From Trueperaceae bacterium (lineage in GTDB: Bacteria > Deinococcota > Deinococci > Deinococcales > Trueperaceae): DNA of 43,672 nucleotides. The position numbers and the translations under genes were made by a program. The stretch is from positions 1-43,672 of the forward strand of contig JAWOIL010000037.1 in the NCBI GenBank assembly GCA_046484635.1, in the 5' to 3' direction. A model generated the notes under the pieces. The model did no database searches and had not been told where the DNA came from. It saw only the letters and a program-made list of their open reading frames with translations. Below are positions 1-11,454 of this stretch, one piece after another. Within the stretch, counting starts at the first letter, position 1, and each line of letters starts with the position of its first letter.

Positions 1-2
1 CC

Positions 3-155
3 GAGGCAGAGGCGCTGCGCGAAGGCGAAGCCCTGGACGAAGCCGAGGCGGCGCGCGAGAGCGAACGAACCCGCGAAAGCGAAGCACCGCGAGACGCCGG
101 AGCGCGACGCGAGTCCGACGAGGACCCCGACCTCGCTCCCGAACGCGCGCGGTAA
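3..155 (+). CDS. C-terminal fragment of an upstream protein (charged E/A/R-rich tail), partial at window start
   Basis: Open frame from window edge to TAA at about 153-155 (EAEALREGEALDEAEAARESERTRESEAP...). No start inside window. Composition-only evidence. Confidence 0.2.
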   Translation, partial: EAEALREGEALDEAEAARESERTRESEAPRDAGARRESDEDPDLAPERAR

Positions 156-198
156 CGCCGCTACCCACCGTCCTCATCCAGGCCGTCTAGGCTGGGGC

Positions 199-1344
199 AT
201 GCGACGTTCCATGCCCACCACGCAAGTGGCCCAGCGCGCCCTCCCATTGGTGCTCGCCTTCGGCCTCCTGGCGGCCTGCACCTCGGCATCGGCGCAACGC
301 CTCGCTCCGGTCGCCCAAGGGTTCGACCGCCCGGTCGTCATCACACATGCGCACGACGCCCGCCTGTTCGTGGTCGAGCAGGGCGGCATGGTGCAGCTGG
401 TGAAGGACGGCGAGGTGCAGCGCGTGCCGTTCCTGGACATCACCGACCGCGTGCGCGCGGGCGGCGAACGCGGCCTACTCGGCTTGGCCTTCCCCACCGA
501 CCACGCCGCCACCGGCCGCTTCTACGTCTACTACACCGACCGCGACGGGAACAGCGTGTTGTCGCGCTTCGCGTTGGCGGGTGAACCCGACCGCGCCGAC
601 GCGGGCTCGGAGGAAGTCCTGCTCCGGGTCGAGCAGCCGTACGCCAACCACAACGGCGGGCAGCTCTCGTTCGGCCCCGATGGGTACCTCTACCTCGGCC
701 TCGGCGACGGCGGCAGCGGCGGCGACCCGCTGGGTGCCGGCCAGCGCCTCGACACCTGGTTGGGCAAGTTGCTTCGCCTCGACGTCGGCACCGATGAAGG
801 CTACGCCGTCCCAGCCGACAACCCGTTCGTCGGCGTGAACGGCGTCAGGCCGGAGATCTGGGCGTACGGACTGCGGAACCCGTGGCGCTTCTCGTTCGAC
901 CGCGCCACCGGCGACCTGTTCATCGCCGACGTCGGCCAGAACGCGTACGAAGAGATCAACTTCCAGCCGGCCGACTCGCAGGGCGGCGAGAACTACGGCT
1001 GGAACACGATGGAGGCCGAGCACTGCTTCGAACCGGCACGTGACTGCGACACGTCCGGCCTGGTGCTGCCGATCTTCAGCTACGCCCATGGGCCGCAGTG
1101 GGGGTCGTCGATCACCGGCGGCTACCGCTACCGCGGCGAGGACGTGCCCACGTTGCAGGGGGCGTACGTGTTCGGCGACTTCGTGTCGGGGCGGGTGTGG
1201 TTGTTGCGCGAAGACGGCGGTGCCTGGACGGCGGAAGCGTTGTTCGACGACAGGTTCAGTCTATCGACGTTCGGGGAGGACGCCGAGGGTGAGCTGTACC
1301 TGGCGGACTACGGGCGGGGCATCGTCTTTCAGGTACGGCCGTGA
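199..1344 (+). CDS. PQQ-dependent soluble sugar (glucose/sorbosone/aldose) dehydrogenase family protein, probable lipoprotein
   Basis: 381-aa ORF with signal/lipobox-like N-terminus (LLAAC). Motifs typical of the GSDH/YliI beta-propeller family (YVYYTD, HNGGQLSFGPDGYLYLGLGDGG, RNPWRFSFD). Confidence 0.8.
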   Translation: MRRSMPTTQVAQRALPLVLAFGLLAACTSASAQRLAPVAQGFDRPVVITHAHDARLFVVEQGGMVQLVKDGEVQRVPFLDITDRVRAGGERGLLGLAFPTDHAATGRFYVYYTDRDGNSVLSRFALAGEPDRADAGSEEVLLRVEQPYANHNGGQLSFGPDGYLYLGLGDGGSGGDPLGAGQRLDTWLGKLLRLDVGTDEGYAVPADNPFVGVNGVRPEIWAYGLRNPWRFSFDRATGDLFIADVGQNAYEEINFQPADSQGGENYGWNTMEAEHCFEPARDCDTSGLVLPIFSYAHGPQWGSSITGGYRYRGEDVPTLQGAYVFGDFVSGRVWLLREDGGAWTAEALFDDRFSLSTFGEDAEGELYLADYGRGIVFQVRP

Positions 1345-3059
<1,715 letters not shown>

Positions 3060-3106
3060 CGCCGGCTCCGAGAACGCGTCCGTGTGCAATGTCGAGTGAT
3101 GGGCGC

Positions 3107-3652
3107 TCAGCCCCGAGCGCCCGACTCCTCGTACTTCTTGCGGTACGCCTCGATCGCGCTGCGGATCAGCTTGTGCGTGTCCTCGATGCCGTGCCAGTCT
3201 TCGACGATCGTGGTCTTGCCCTCGAGCTCTTTGTAGATGCGGAAGAAGTGCTCGATCTCGCGCAGGCGGTGCCGCGAGATGGAGTCGAGGTGGCGGTTCG
3301 CGTCGTAGCGCGGGTCGTGCACCGGCACGGCCAGGATCTTCTGGTCGCGCCCCTTCTCGTCGCTCATCTCCAGGAACCCGAGCGGCCGCGCTTCCACCAC
3401 CGCGCCGGGGAACGTCGGCCGGTTCATGAGCACCAGAATGTCGAGCGGGTCGTCGTCTTCGGCGTACGTGCCGGGCACGAAGCCGTAGTCGCCGGGATAG
3501 TGCATCGGGCTGTACAGCACCCGGTCGAGGCGGAACACCCCGTGCTCCGGGTCGTACTCGTACTTGTTCGAGCTGCCCAGCGGCACTTCGATGACGGCGG
3601 ACACTTGCTCGGGCGCCTTGGGGCCGGGCGGCAGGTGGTAGAGGTTGCTCAC
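3107..3652 (-). CDS. ppa: inorganic pyrophosphatase (family I)
   Basis: C-terminal 181 aa of track ORF 3107..4246 matches PPase (EYDPEHGVFRLDRVLYS...DPLDILVL...DEKGRDQKILAVP). GTG start at 3652 overlaps the pdxT stop (GTGA). The upstream 198 codons of the track ORF are Arg/Gly-rich junk. Confidence 0.88.
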   Translation of the reverse strand: MSNLYHLPPGPKAPEQVSAVIEVPLGSSNKYEYDPEHGVFRLDRVLYSPMHYPGDYGFVPGTYAEDDDPLDILVLMNRPTFPGAVVEARPLGFLEMSDEKGRDQKILAVPVHDPRYDANRHLDSISRHRLREIEHFFRIYKELEGKTTIVEDWHGIEDTHKLIRSAIEAYRKKYEESGARG

Positions 3653-4329
3653 GCGGTCACTCCGTTCCGGTCGGTATTCTCGTCGGCGATCTCCTCGGCG
3701 CTCTCTGCGGTGTTCTCCGCCGGGCTCTCTGGGGCCCGGTCCCCCACGCCGGCCACGGCGTCGAGGAACAGCCCGTGCACCCGGTCGTCGCGGCTCAGCT
3801 CGGGATGGAACACGGTGGCGAACAGGCGCCCGCCGCGCACGGCCACCGGGTCGTCTTCGTAGCGCGCCAGCACGTCCACGCCGGCGCCGACGTCGAGGAT
3901 GCGGGGCGCCCGGATGAACACGGCGTGGAACGAACCGGCCAGGCCCCGCACCTCGAGGTCGGCTTCGAACGAGGCCACCTGCCTGCCGTAGTCGTTGCGC
4001 GCCACCTGGATGTCCAGCAGGCCCAGCCTGGGCTGGCTCGGGAAGCCGGCGATGTCGCGCGCGAGCACGATGGCGCCGGCGCAGGTACCCCACAACCAAC
4101 CGCCCTCTCGGTGGAAGGCCGTGAGCGCCGTGTCGAGACCGTACGCGCGCATGAGCTTCACCATCGTGGTCGACTCGCCGCCGGGGATGACGACCCCTGC
4201 CAGGCCCTCGAGGTGCCGCGGAAGCCGTACCTCCACGACCTCGCACCCTAGGCGCTCGAACGCCAGCCGATGCTCGCGAAACGCGCCCTGCAGCGCCAGC
4301 ACGCCGACTCGCAGCTTCGGACGCGTCAT
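3649..4329 (-). CDS. pdxT: pyridoxal 5'-phosphate synthase glutaminase subunit
   Basis: 226 aa class I glutamine amidotransferase, PdxT/Pdx2-like (VLALQGAFREH, GTCAGAIVLA, HPE). Overlaps ppa and the peptidase gene by 4 nt. Confidence 0.88.
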   Translation of the reverse strand: MTRPKLRVGVLALQGAFREHRLAFERLGCEVVEVRLPRHLEGLAGVVIPGGESTTMVKLMRAYGLDTALTAFHREGGWLWGTCAGAIVLARDIAGFPSQPRLGLLDIQVARNDYGRQVASFEADLEVRGLAGSFHAVFIRAPRILDVGAGVDVLARYEDDPVAVRGGRLFATVFHPELSRDDRVHGLFLDAVAGVGDRAPESPAENTAESAEEIADENTDRNGVTA

Positions 4330-5294
4330 GCTGCCCGCACCCCGTTCAGAAGCGCCGTCGCCACGACCTCCTGGACGGCCACCGACAGCGCCGCCAATGG
4401 CACCTCGGGGCCCCGAAGGGTGGAGAGCACGAACGTGCTGTCACCATCGAACGGCGTGTGCGACGGCCGCGTGACGCGCGCGATACCCATCTGCGCGCTG
4501 AGCGCCAGCGCGCGCGCTTCTGCTTTGGTGATCTTCGCGTCGGTGGCGGCCACCACGAGCGTGGTGTTGGCGCCGGGCATGGCGTGGAAGCGGTCGGCAG
4601 CGGCCAGCCCGAGCGTCCCCTCCACGCCGGCCACCATGGCACCCGTGTCGGGGTCCACCAGGTTTCCGACGGCGTTGCTGATCGCCAACGCGGCCACGGT
4701 GGCGCCTGCGAGACGGACGGCGTGGCTGCCCAGGCCGCTCGGGCAAGACAAGGTCATGCCGCGAAGCTTGCCGACGGTGGCTCCTGCGCCCGCCCCCACC
4801 CTTCCCTGCTCCACGGGCGCGGCCGAAGCGTGCGCCGCCGCTTCGCGTCCCGCCTCCGCGTCGGGCCGCACCTTGCCGTCGCCCACGCCCAGGTCGAACA
4901 GCACCGCCGCTGGAACGATCGGCACCCGCGCGAAGCCGGTGTCGTACCCGCGGCCCTGCTCGTCCAGCCAACGCATGACGCCGTCGGCAGCCGCCAACCC
5001 GAAGGCGCTGCCGCCCGCCAGCACCACCGCGTCGATGCGGTCGACGGTGCGGTCGGGCTCGAGCAGCACGCTCTCGCGCGAGCCCGGTGCGGGTCCCAGC
5101 ACCATGCCGGACGCCAGGCACCCGTCCGGCGGCGCAAGCACCACCGTGCACCCGGTTTGCGCCTCCGCGTCCGTCCAGTGGCCCACCGCGAGCCCCGCCA
5201 CCGCCGTCAACGTGAGGTTGTCGAACGCCGGCGCGTCCTCGAACGGGATCTCGTCTCCGGGCTTCGTTTCGCTGTCTTCCGGATCCGTCGCCAC
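4326..5294 (-). CDS. P1/S58 family peptidase (DmpA/L-aminopeptidase D-Ala-esterase family)
   Basis: 322 aa. Fold signatures of DmpA/ArgJ-like Ntn hydrolases (GHWTD, GTVVLAPPDG, TTLVVAATDAKITKAEARALA). Start overlaps the pdxT start region by ATGA-type overlap. Confidence 0.7.
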   Translation of the reverse strand: MATDPEDSETKPGDEIPFEDAPAFDNLTLTAVAGLAVGHWTDAEAQTGCTVVLAPPDGCLASGMVLGPAPGSRESVLLEPDRTVDRIDAVVLAGGSAFGLAAADGVMRWLDEQGRGYDTGFARVPIVPAAVLFDLGVGDGKVRPDAEAGREAAAHASAAPVEQGRVGAGAGATVGKLRGMTLSCPSGLGSHAVRLAGATVAALAISNAVGNLVDPDTGAMVAGVEGTLGLAAADRFHAMPGANTTLVVAATDAKITKAEARALALSAQMGIARVTRPSHTPFDGDSTFVLSTLRGPEVPLAALSVAVQEVVATALLNGVRAA

Positions 5295-5297
5295 CGC

Positions 5298-7508
5298 TCA
5301 ACCGACCCCTTCTTCCAGGTACTCCCCGATGTCCTTCGGGTCGATCTCGATGATCTCGATGCGGTCGGCCGGGGTGTCGACGGTGGCGCGCTTCCCGGTG
5401 GCGGTGTCGATGGGGATCTGCAGGCGCACCACCGGCATGAAGCCCTGGTCGGTCACGTCGTCCGATTCGCGGAACGCAGCCAGCACGCCGCTGTCGGACA
5501 ACGCACCGGCCTTGAGGTCGATGCGGTGGAAGACGATACCCGGCGGCACCGGGAAGCCGTCCGGCGACGCCGACCTACCCTGGAGCGCGTTCTCTACGAA
5601 GTCGTTCCAGACGTAGATGGGTTGCCGTGAGCTGGTCACGGTGTCGGTGTTGCCGTCCGATAGCGTCATGCGGGTCGGGAGGCTACTGCTGTCGTCGTTG
5701 CCGATCCACACCGACGCCACCAGCCCCGGGGTCATCCCCACGAACCAGATATCGCGTTCGTCGTTGGTGGTGCCGGTCTTGCCGGCGATCCAACGCCCGG
5801 GCACCGAGGCTCGGTTCGACAGGCCGTACGCCGGGTCGCGGTCCACCACGTTGGCATGCAGCAGGTCGAGCATGATGTAGGCCGTATGCTCGCTCCACAC
5901 TCGCGCCGAGTGGGGCGACGCCTCGTAGAGCACGTTGCCGTCGGCGTCTTCGACGCGCTGGATGAAGTACGGCTCGATGTAGACGCCGCCGTTGGCGAAC
6001 GCCGCCATGCCTGCGGTGTGTTGCAGCGGCGTCGCCTCGAACGTTCCCAACGCCATGGCGTAGTACGGCTCCACGTCGTAGCCGAGTTCGCGCGCCTTCT
6101 CCGCCACGGCGTCGGCGGTTGCGGCCTCGAGCGTCTTCACGGCCGGGATGTTGCGGCTGCGGTTCACGTGCGCGCGTACCGTCTGGTAGCCGTCGTAGGC
6201 GTCGTCCCAGTTGGCCGGCTCGTACGGGTCTTGACCGCGCACCTGGAACGAGGTGGGTTCGTCCACCAGGATGGTGGCCTGGTCGAAGCCGCCCTGCTCG
6301 ATGGCGGTGGCGTACACCACCGGCTTGAACGAGCTGCCCGGTTGCCGCAGAGCCTGCGTAGCACGGTTGTACTCCTGCTCGTCCACACCGGAGCTTAGCT
6401 TCTGCCCCACCATGGCGAGCACCGCACCCGTCGACGGCTCGATGCCGACGATGGCGAGCTGCGCCCCTTCGGGCACCTCGGCGCGCAGGCTGGCCTCGTT
6501 GGCCGCAAGCTGCGCCTGGACGTCGATGGTGGTGGTCACCCGCAAGCCGCCTTGGCTGAAGACCCGGCTGTCGCCGTAGCGGTCGGTGAGCCAGTTGCGC
6601 ACCGCGATCACCACTGCGCGCGACAGGTCCGAGCTGACGCTCGACTGCACCAGCACGTCCTCGCCGGTGCGTTCGGCGGCGATCATGTTGCCGCCGTCGT
6701 CATACGTCACCGACCAACCGCGGGGCTGCAACGGGTAGTGCCAGGTGCGGTCGGCCATGTCCTGGCTGATGGTGCCCTGCCGGACCATCTTGTCGAGGAC
6801 CTCGCGCATGCTGCGCCGCGTGCCCTCCAAGTCGTCGTGGCGGGGGTTCGGCGCGGGGATGAGACGGGCGAGGTACAGCCCCTCGGCCAGGTTCAGCTCG
6901 ATGGGGTCCTTGCCGAAGTAGGTCTGCGCGGCGGCGCGGATGCCGTACACGTTGCCGCCCCAGAAGATCACGTTGATGTAGCGCTGGAGGATCTCGGCCT
7001 TGGTGAGGCGCCGCTCGAGTTCCAGCGCGAGCATCATCTCCTTGGCCTTGCGCTCGAGCGAGCGCTCCGAGCGGATGTCGCGCAGCAACGTGTTCTTGAT
7101 GACCTGGGTGGTGATGGTCGAACCGCCGCGCTGCTCGCTGCCGAGGAACTCCTCGTACACGGCGCGCGCGAAGGCGGGAAGGTCGACGCCGTAGTGGCGG
7201 TAATACTGGTCGTCCTCGTACGCGACGATCGCCTGCAGCGCAGCCGGCGACACCTCGTCGAGGCCGACGGGGATGCGGTTGGTGGACTCGCGGTCCTCGC
7301 CGAACACGGGCACGATCGAGCCGATGCGCGTGGTGCCGTCGCTGGCGTAGACCTGCGAGGTGGCGCTGAACTCGAGCGCGTCGAGGCTGTCGAGCGACGG
7401 CAGTTCCTGCGCCCACTTCAAGGCGGAGCCCGTCAGCAACGCCACCACTGACAGCACGGCCGTCAGCGCCGCGAGGAAGAGGCCCTGGACGATCTTCACG
7501 GCTGCCAT
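5298..7508 (-). CDS. mrcA: penicillin-binding protein 1A (bifunctional glycosyltransferase/transpeptidase)
   Basis: 736 aa. N-terminal TM, GT51 motifs (EDDQYYRHYGVD, GGSTITTQVIKN, RKAKEMMLALELE), then transpeptidase domain (SSFKP). TAGCAT hexamer at 7507-7512 (minus strand) contains the annotated ATG; an alternative GTG start lies at 7499. Confidence 0.9.
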   Translation of the reverse strand: MAAVKIVQGLFLAALTAVLSVVALLTGSALKWAQELPSLDSLDALEFSATSQVYASDGTTRIGSIVPVFGEDRESTNRIPVGLDEVSPAALQAIVAYEDDQYYRHYGVDLPAFARAVYEEFLGSEQRGGSTITTQVIKNTLLRDIRSERSLERKAKEMMLALELERRLTKAEILQRYINVIFWGGNVYGIRAAAQTYFGKDPIELNLAEGLYLARLIPAPNPRHDDLEGTRRSMREVLDKMVRQGTISQDMADRTWHYPLQPRGWSVTYDDGGNMIAAERTGEDVLVQSSVSSDLSRAVVIAVRNWLTDRYGDSRVFSQGGLRVTTTIDVQAQLAANEASLRAEVPEGAQLAIVGIEPSTGAVLAMVGQKLSSGVDEQEYNRATQALRQPGSSFKPVVYATAIEQGGFDQATILVDEPTSFQVRGQDPYEPANWDDAYDGYQTVRAHVNRSRNIPAVKTLEAATADAVAEKARELGYDVEPYYAMALGTFEATPLQHTAGMAAFANGGVYIEPYFIQRVEDADGNVLYEASPHSARVWSEHTAYIMLDLLHANVVDRDPAYGLSNRASVPGRWIAGKTGTTNDERDIWFVGMTPGLVASVWIGNDDSSSLPTRMTLSDGNTDTVTSSRQPIYVWNDFVENALQGRSASPDGFPVPPGIVFHRIDLKAGALSDSGVLAAFRESDDVTDQGFMPVVRLQIPIDTATGKRATVDTPADRIEIIEIDPKDIGEYLEEGVG

Positions 7509-7551
7509 GCTACCAGGCGTTGCGTGAGGGGCGATGAAGCGTGGACGCTAT

Positions 7552-8475
7552 TCACCAGCCGCGACTGGCGAGCAGCTCCTCTTCGGGCAGCGTATCGATG
7601 TTGATACCGACCATCGGCTCGCCCAAGCCCTTCGACACTTCTGCCAAAATCATCGGGTCGTTGAAATGCGTGGTGGCCTTGACGATCGCCTCGGCGCGTC
7701 GGAACCAGGCCTGGTGACGCTTGCTCACGTCGGTCTCGCTGGCAGCCGACTTGAAGATGCCCGAACCGACGAACACGCCCTCGACGCCGAGCTGCATCAT
7801 CAGCGCAGCATCGGCGGGTGTGGCGACGCCGCCTGCTGCGAAGTTCACCACCGGCAGCTTGCCGTGCTCGTGCACGTAGACCACCAGGTCATACGGCGCG
7901 CCGTGGTCCTTGGCGTACGTCATCAACTGATCGCGCGGCATCGCTTGGATGGCACGGATCTCGCCCAACACGCTGCGGGCGTGGCGCACCGCCTCGACCA
8001 CGTTGCCGGTGCCCGCTTCGCCCTTGGTGCGGATCATGGCAGCGCCCTCGCCGATGCGCCGCAGCGCCTCACCGATGTTGGTGGCGCCGCACACGAACGG
8101 CACTGTGAAGGCGTGCTTGTCGATGTGGTACGCCTCGTCGGCCGGGGTGAGCACCTCGGACTCGTCGACGAAGTCGACGCCGAGTGCTTGCAGGATCTGC
8201 GCCTCGACGAAGTGCCCGATCCGGACCTTCGCCATGACGGGGATCGAGACGGTCTCGATGATCTCTTCGATCATGGTCGGATCGGACATGCGGGCCACGC
8301 CGCCCTGGACACGGATGTCGGCCGGCACGCGCTCGAGCGCCATGACCGCGACAGCCCCCGCGTCCTCCGCGATGCGTGCCTGATCGGCGGTGACGACGTC
8401 CATGATGACGCCGCCCTTGAACATCTCGGCGAAGCCGGTCTTGACGGTGGTGGTGCCGACGCTCTTGTCTGCCAT
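7552..8475 (-). CDS. pdxS: pyridoxal 5'-phosphate synthase lyase subunit
   Basis: 307 aa, near full-length match to the PdxS/Pdx1 (SNZ) family ([36 protein letters not shown]). GGAGG Shine-Dalgarno upstream. Confidence 0.95.
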   Translation of the reverse strand: MADKSVGTTTVKTGFAEMFKGGVIMDVVTADQARIAEDAGAVAVMALERVPADIRVQGGVARMSDPTMIEEIIETVSIPVMAKVRIGHFVEAQILQALGVDFVDESEVLTPADEAYHIDKHAFTVPFVCGATNIGEALRRIGEGAAMIRTKGEAGTGNVVEAVRHARSVLGEIRAIQAMPRDQLMTYAKDHGAPYDLVVYVHEHGKLPVVNFAAGGVATPADAALMMQLGVEGVFVGSGIFKSAASETDVSKRHQAWFRRAEAIVKATTHFNDPMILAEVSKGLGEPMVGINIDTLPEEELLASRGW

Positions 8476-8741
8476 TGCCTCGTCCTCCGGGCCGAACCGC
8501 CCTCGGCGGTCGGCGTCTGCCTACATTGTTGCGCATCCCGCCTCGCGGCCGGGTCGCGCATCCTGCCACCGGGCAGGGTTGCGCACATCCTGGCACACCG
8601 CAGCGTCATGAACGCCGCCCTGCAGAAGCCGCCAGTGCACAGCCTGAAACGGTCGAGCACGGCGGGACGGTGGCGGCCGCCAGGAGTATACGCGAACAAG
8701 TCCGCCTGCGCATGCCGAGGGGATCGGAGCGGTGCCTTCGC

Positions 8742-9776
8742 TCACCCCTCTTGGCTGAAGCGCACGTACTGGTCGAGCTTCGTGAGCGCAGCTCCCGATT
8801 CGAGCGCTTCGCGGGCCGCCGCCACGCCGCCGGCCAGGTCCGAAGCGACGTCGGCCAGGTAGAGCGCCGCGCCCGCGTTGAACAGCACCACGTCGCACGT
8901 GGCGTCGTTCGATTCCCCTGCCAGCACGGCTCGCAGCGCCGCGGCGTTGGCGGTTGGGTCGGCGCCCGCGAGGTCGGCGAGGTGGTACCGGCCAAGGCCC
9001 ACCTCCTCGGGCGTGACGACGTAGGTATGGGTCTCCCCATCCGGCAGCAGTTCGGTGACCTTGCTCGGGCCGGTGACGGTGAAGTCGTCGATGCGGTCAC
9101 CGTGCACCACCAGGGCCCGCTCCAGGCCGAGGCCGCGCAGCACTTCAGCGAGCGTCTCGGTGAGCTCCGGCGCGAACACGCCCATCAGTTGCCGGTTCGC
9201 GCCCGCCGGGTTGGTGAGCGGGCCGAGGTTGTTGAAGATGGTGCGCGCGCGCAGGTCGGCGCGGATCGGCGCCACGAAGCGCATGGCGGGATGATGGTTC
9301 TTGGCGTAGATGAACGCCAGGCCGAGCGTGTCGATGGCTTCCGCCAACCGCTCCGGGCTGGCGTCGAGGTTCACGCCCAGCGCCTGAAGCACGTTCGCCG
9401 AGCCCGACTTGCGCGTCACGCCGACGTTGCCGTGCTTCGCGACGCGAGCACCGGCCGCCGCCGCCACGAACATGGCGGTGGTGCTGATGTTGATGGTGTC
9501 GATGCCGGTGCCGCCGGTGCCGCAGGTGTCGACCAGCGGCCCGTCGACCTCGACCGGCACACGGATCGCGCGTTCCCGCATGGCCTCGGCAAAGCCCACG
9601 ATCTCTTCGACCGTCTCGCCGCGGGTGCGCAGCGCGGCCAACAGGGCGGCGGCCTGCATCTGCGAGAGGCGGCCGTCCATCAAGCGGCCCATCACCTCGC
9701 GGGCTTGTTCTCGTGATAGGTCGTCGCCGGCGAACACCGTCTCGAGGGTGGCGGAGATGTCGAAGTGTTGGCTCAT
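8742..9776 (-). CDS. trpD: anthranilate phosphoribosyltransferase
   Basis: 344 aa from MSQHFDI. GTGGTGIDTINIST and KHGN motifs. The track ORF 8742..10529 has a junk N-terminal extension. Start overlaps the upstream GT2 stop (ATGA). Confidence 0.9.
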   Translation of the reverse strand: MSQHFDISATLETVFAGDDLSREQAREVMGRLMDGRLSQMQAAALLAALRTRGETVEEIVGFAEAMRERAIRVPVEVDGPLVDTCGTGGTGIDTINISTTAMFVAAAAGARVAKHGNVGVTRKSGSANVLQALGVNLDASPERLAEAIDTLGLAFIYAKNHHPAMRFVAPIRADLRARTIFNNLGPLTNPAGANRQLMGVFAPELTETLAEVLRGLGLERALVVHGDRIDDFTVTGPSKVTELLPDGETHTYVVTPEEVGLGRYHLADLAGADPTANAAALRAVLAGESNDATCDVVLFNAGAALYLADVASDLAGGVAAAREALESGAALTKLDQYVRFSQEG

Positions 9777-10812
9777 CGGTCGTCGTCTCTCCCTTCGGCC
9801 GGAGCGGCGACGTCCGTCGCCCCAGCCCCGTTGGTTCGTGCCTCGAGCGCGCCCTCCAGGAAGGCCGCCTCGTACGCCGCCGCGCCGCCCCACAAGCCGC
9901 GCAGCGGCGACGCCAGGAGGATCCGCTTGAACGCCATCAGCAGAGGATGGGCGCCCACGCGGTAGGCCAGCTCCGGGATGCGGCGCGCCACCACCATCGC
10001 GCTTCGACCGGCTTGGCGGGCCTTGTCGAGGTCCGCGCCGCGCATCGGGTCGGGCCCGAGGTGGCGTACGACGGCATCCGGCAGCGCCACCGCCTCGAGT
10101 CCGGCACGGTTCAGCTCGTAGCCGAGGACGACGTCTTCGAACCCGTAGCCGGTGAGCCACTCGGGGAAGCCGCCCACCCGCTCGAACGCCGCGCGCGGCA
10201 GGCTGGTGTTCACCCCGTTCGCGTTCCAGTAGTGCACCCGCTCGGGGCGCTTCCGGATGGTCTCGGCGCCGCCGACGAAGTCGATGCCGCCCACCACCAG
10301 CGCCGGGCGATTCAGGCCGCGGTGCGCCGACACGTGCCGCTCCAGCGTGTCCGGTTCCAGCACGGCGTCGTCGTCGGAGAGGTACAGCAGCTGGCCGCGG
10401 GCACGGCCGGCACACGCGTTGCGGGCCGCCGCCGCGGCGCGCCGCGGCGTCATGGCGAACGTTGTGAGGCGGTAGGGCGGTCGCGCCTCCTGCACCGCTT
10501 GCCAGGTGTCGGGATCGTCGTTCACGCACAGGATCAGCTCGAACCGCGCGGGATCGAGCGTCTGGCGCGCGAGCGAGTCGAGTTTCTGCGATAGCGCGGA
10601 CGAACGTCCGAACGTCACGGTCAGAACGCTGATCTCGATGGACGCTGGGCTCGCGGGCGCGGAAGCGAAGGCGCGGCCGGACGCGGAAGCGCTCGAGGGC
10701 GCGGAATCGGACGCGCGGCCGGACGCGGAAACGCTCACGGGCGCGGAATCGGACGCGCGGCCGGACACCGACGCGCTCGCGGACGCCGTCGACCGTGCGC
10801 GAGCGCCCGGCA

Positions 10813-10813
<1 letters not shown>
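9773..10813 (-). CDS. family 2 glycosyltransferase with N-terminal Ser/Ala-rich low-complexity extension, embedded in the trp operon
   Basis: GT2 hallmarks (ISVLTVTFGRS, LYLSDDDAV DXD motif, GGFPEW..GYGFEDVVLGYEL). ATG at 10813 overlaps the trpG stop by 1 nt and its stop overlaps the trpD start by 4 nt. The N-terminal ~90 aa are encoded by a 3 x 42-bp tandem repeat. An in-frame GTG inside the repeat could be an alternative start. Confidence 0.7.
10655..10780. repeat. tandem repeat, 3 x 42 bp, inside the GT2 5' region (encodes SASGRASDSAP-like 14-aa units)
   Basis: Units ggcgcggaaKcgRaMgcgcggccggacRcSgaMRcgctcRYg, directly visible at about 10655-10696, 10697-10738 and 10739-10780, with a partial fourth copy. 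Confidence 0.85.

Positions 10814-11453
<640 letters not shown>

Positions 11454-11454
<1 letters not shown>

Noticed and set aside
3653-4246. 198-codon N-terminal extension of the ppa ORF in the track
   Set aside because: Extension is RGRP-rich junk and overlaps pdxT on the same strand in another frame. The conserved PPase sequence begins at the GTG (3652) that overlaps the pdxT stop.
8475-9716. 413-aa plus-strand ORF antisense to trpD, and similar long ORFs antisense to real genes (for example 17588..18889, 19082..21064, 22507..25563, 28096..29358 and 36072..37133 on the opposite strand of polA, the redox cluster, the protease and the STAND gene)
   Set aside because: Arg/Pro/Gly/Ala-dominated low-complexity translations with no recognisable domains, overlapping well-supported genes on the other strand. 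These are expected artefacts of about 70% GC with few stop codons.
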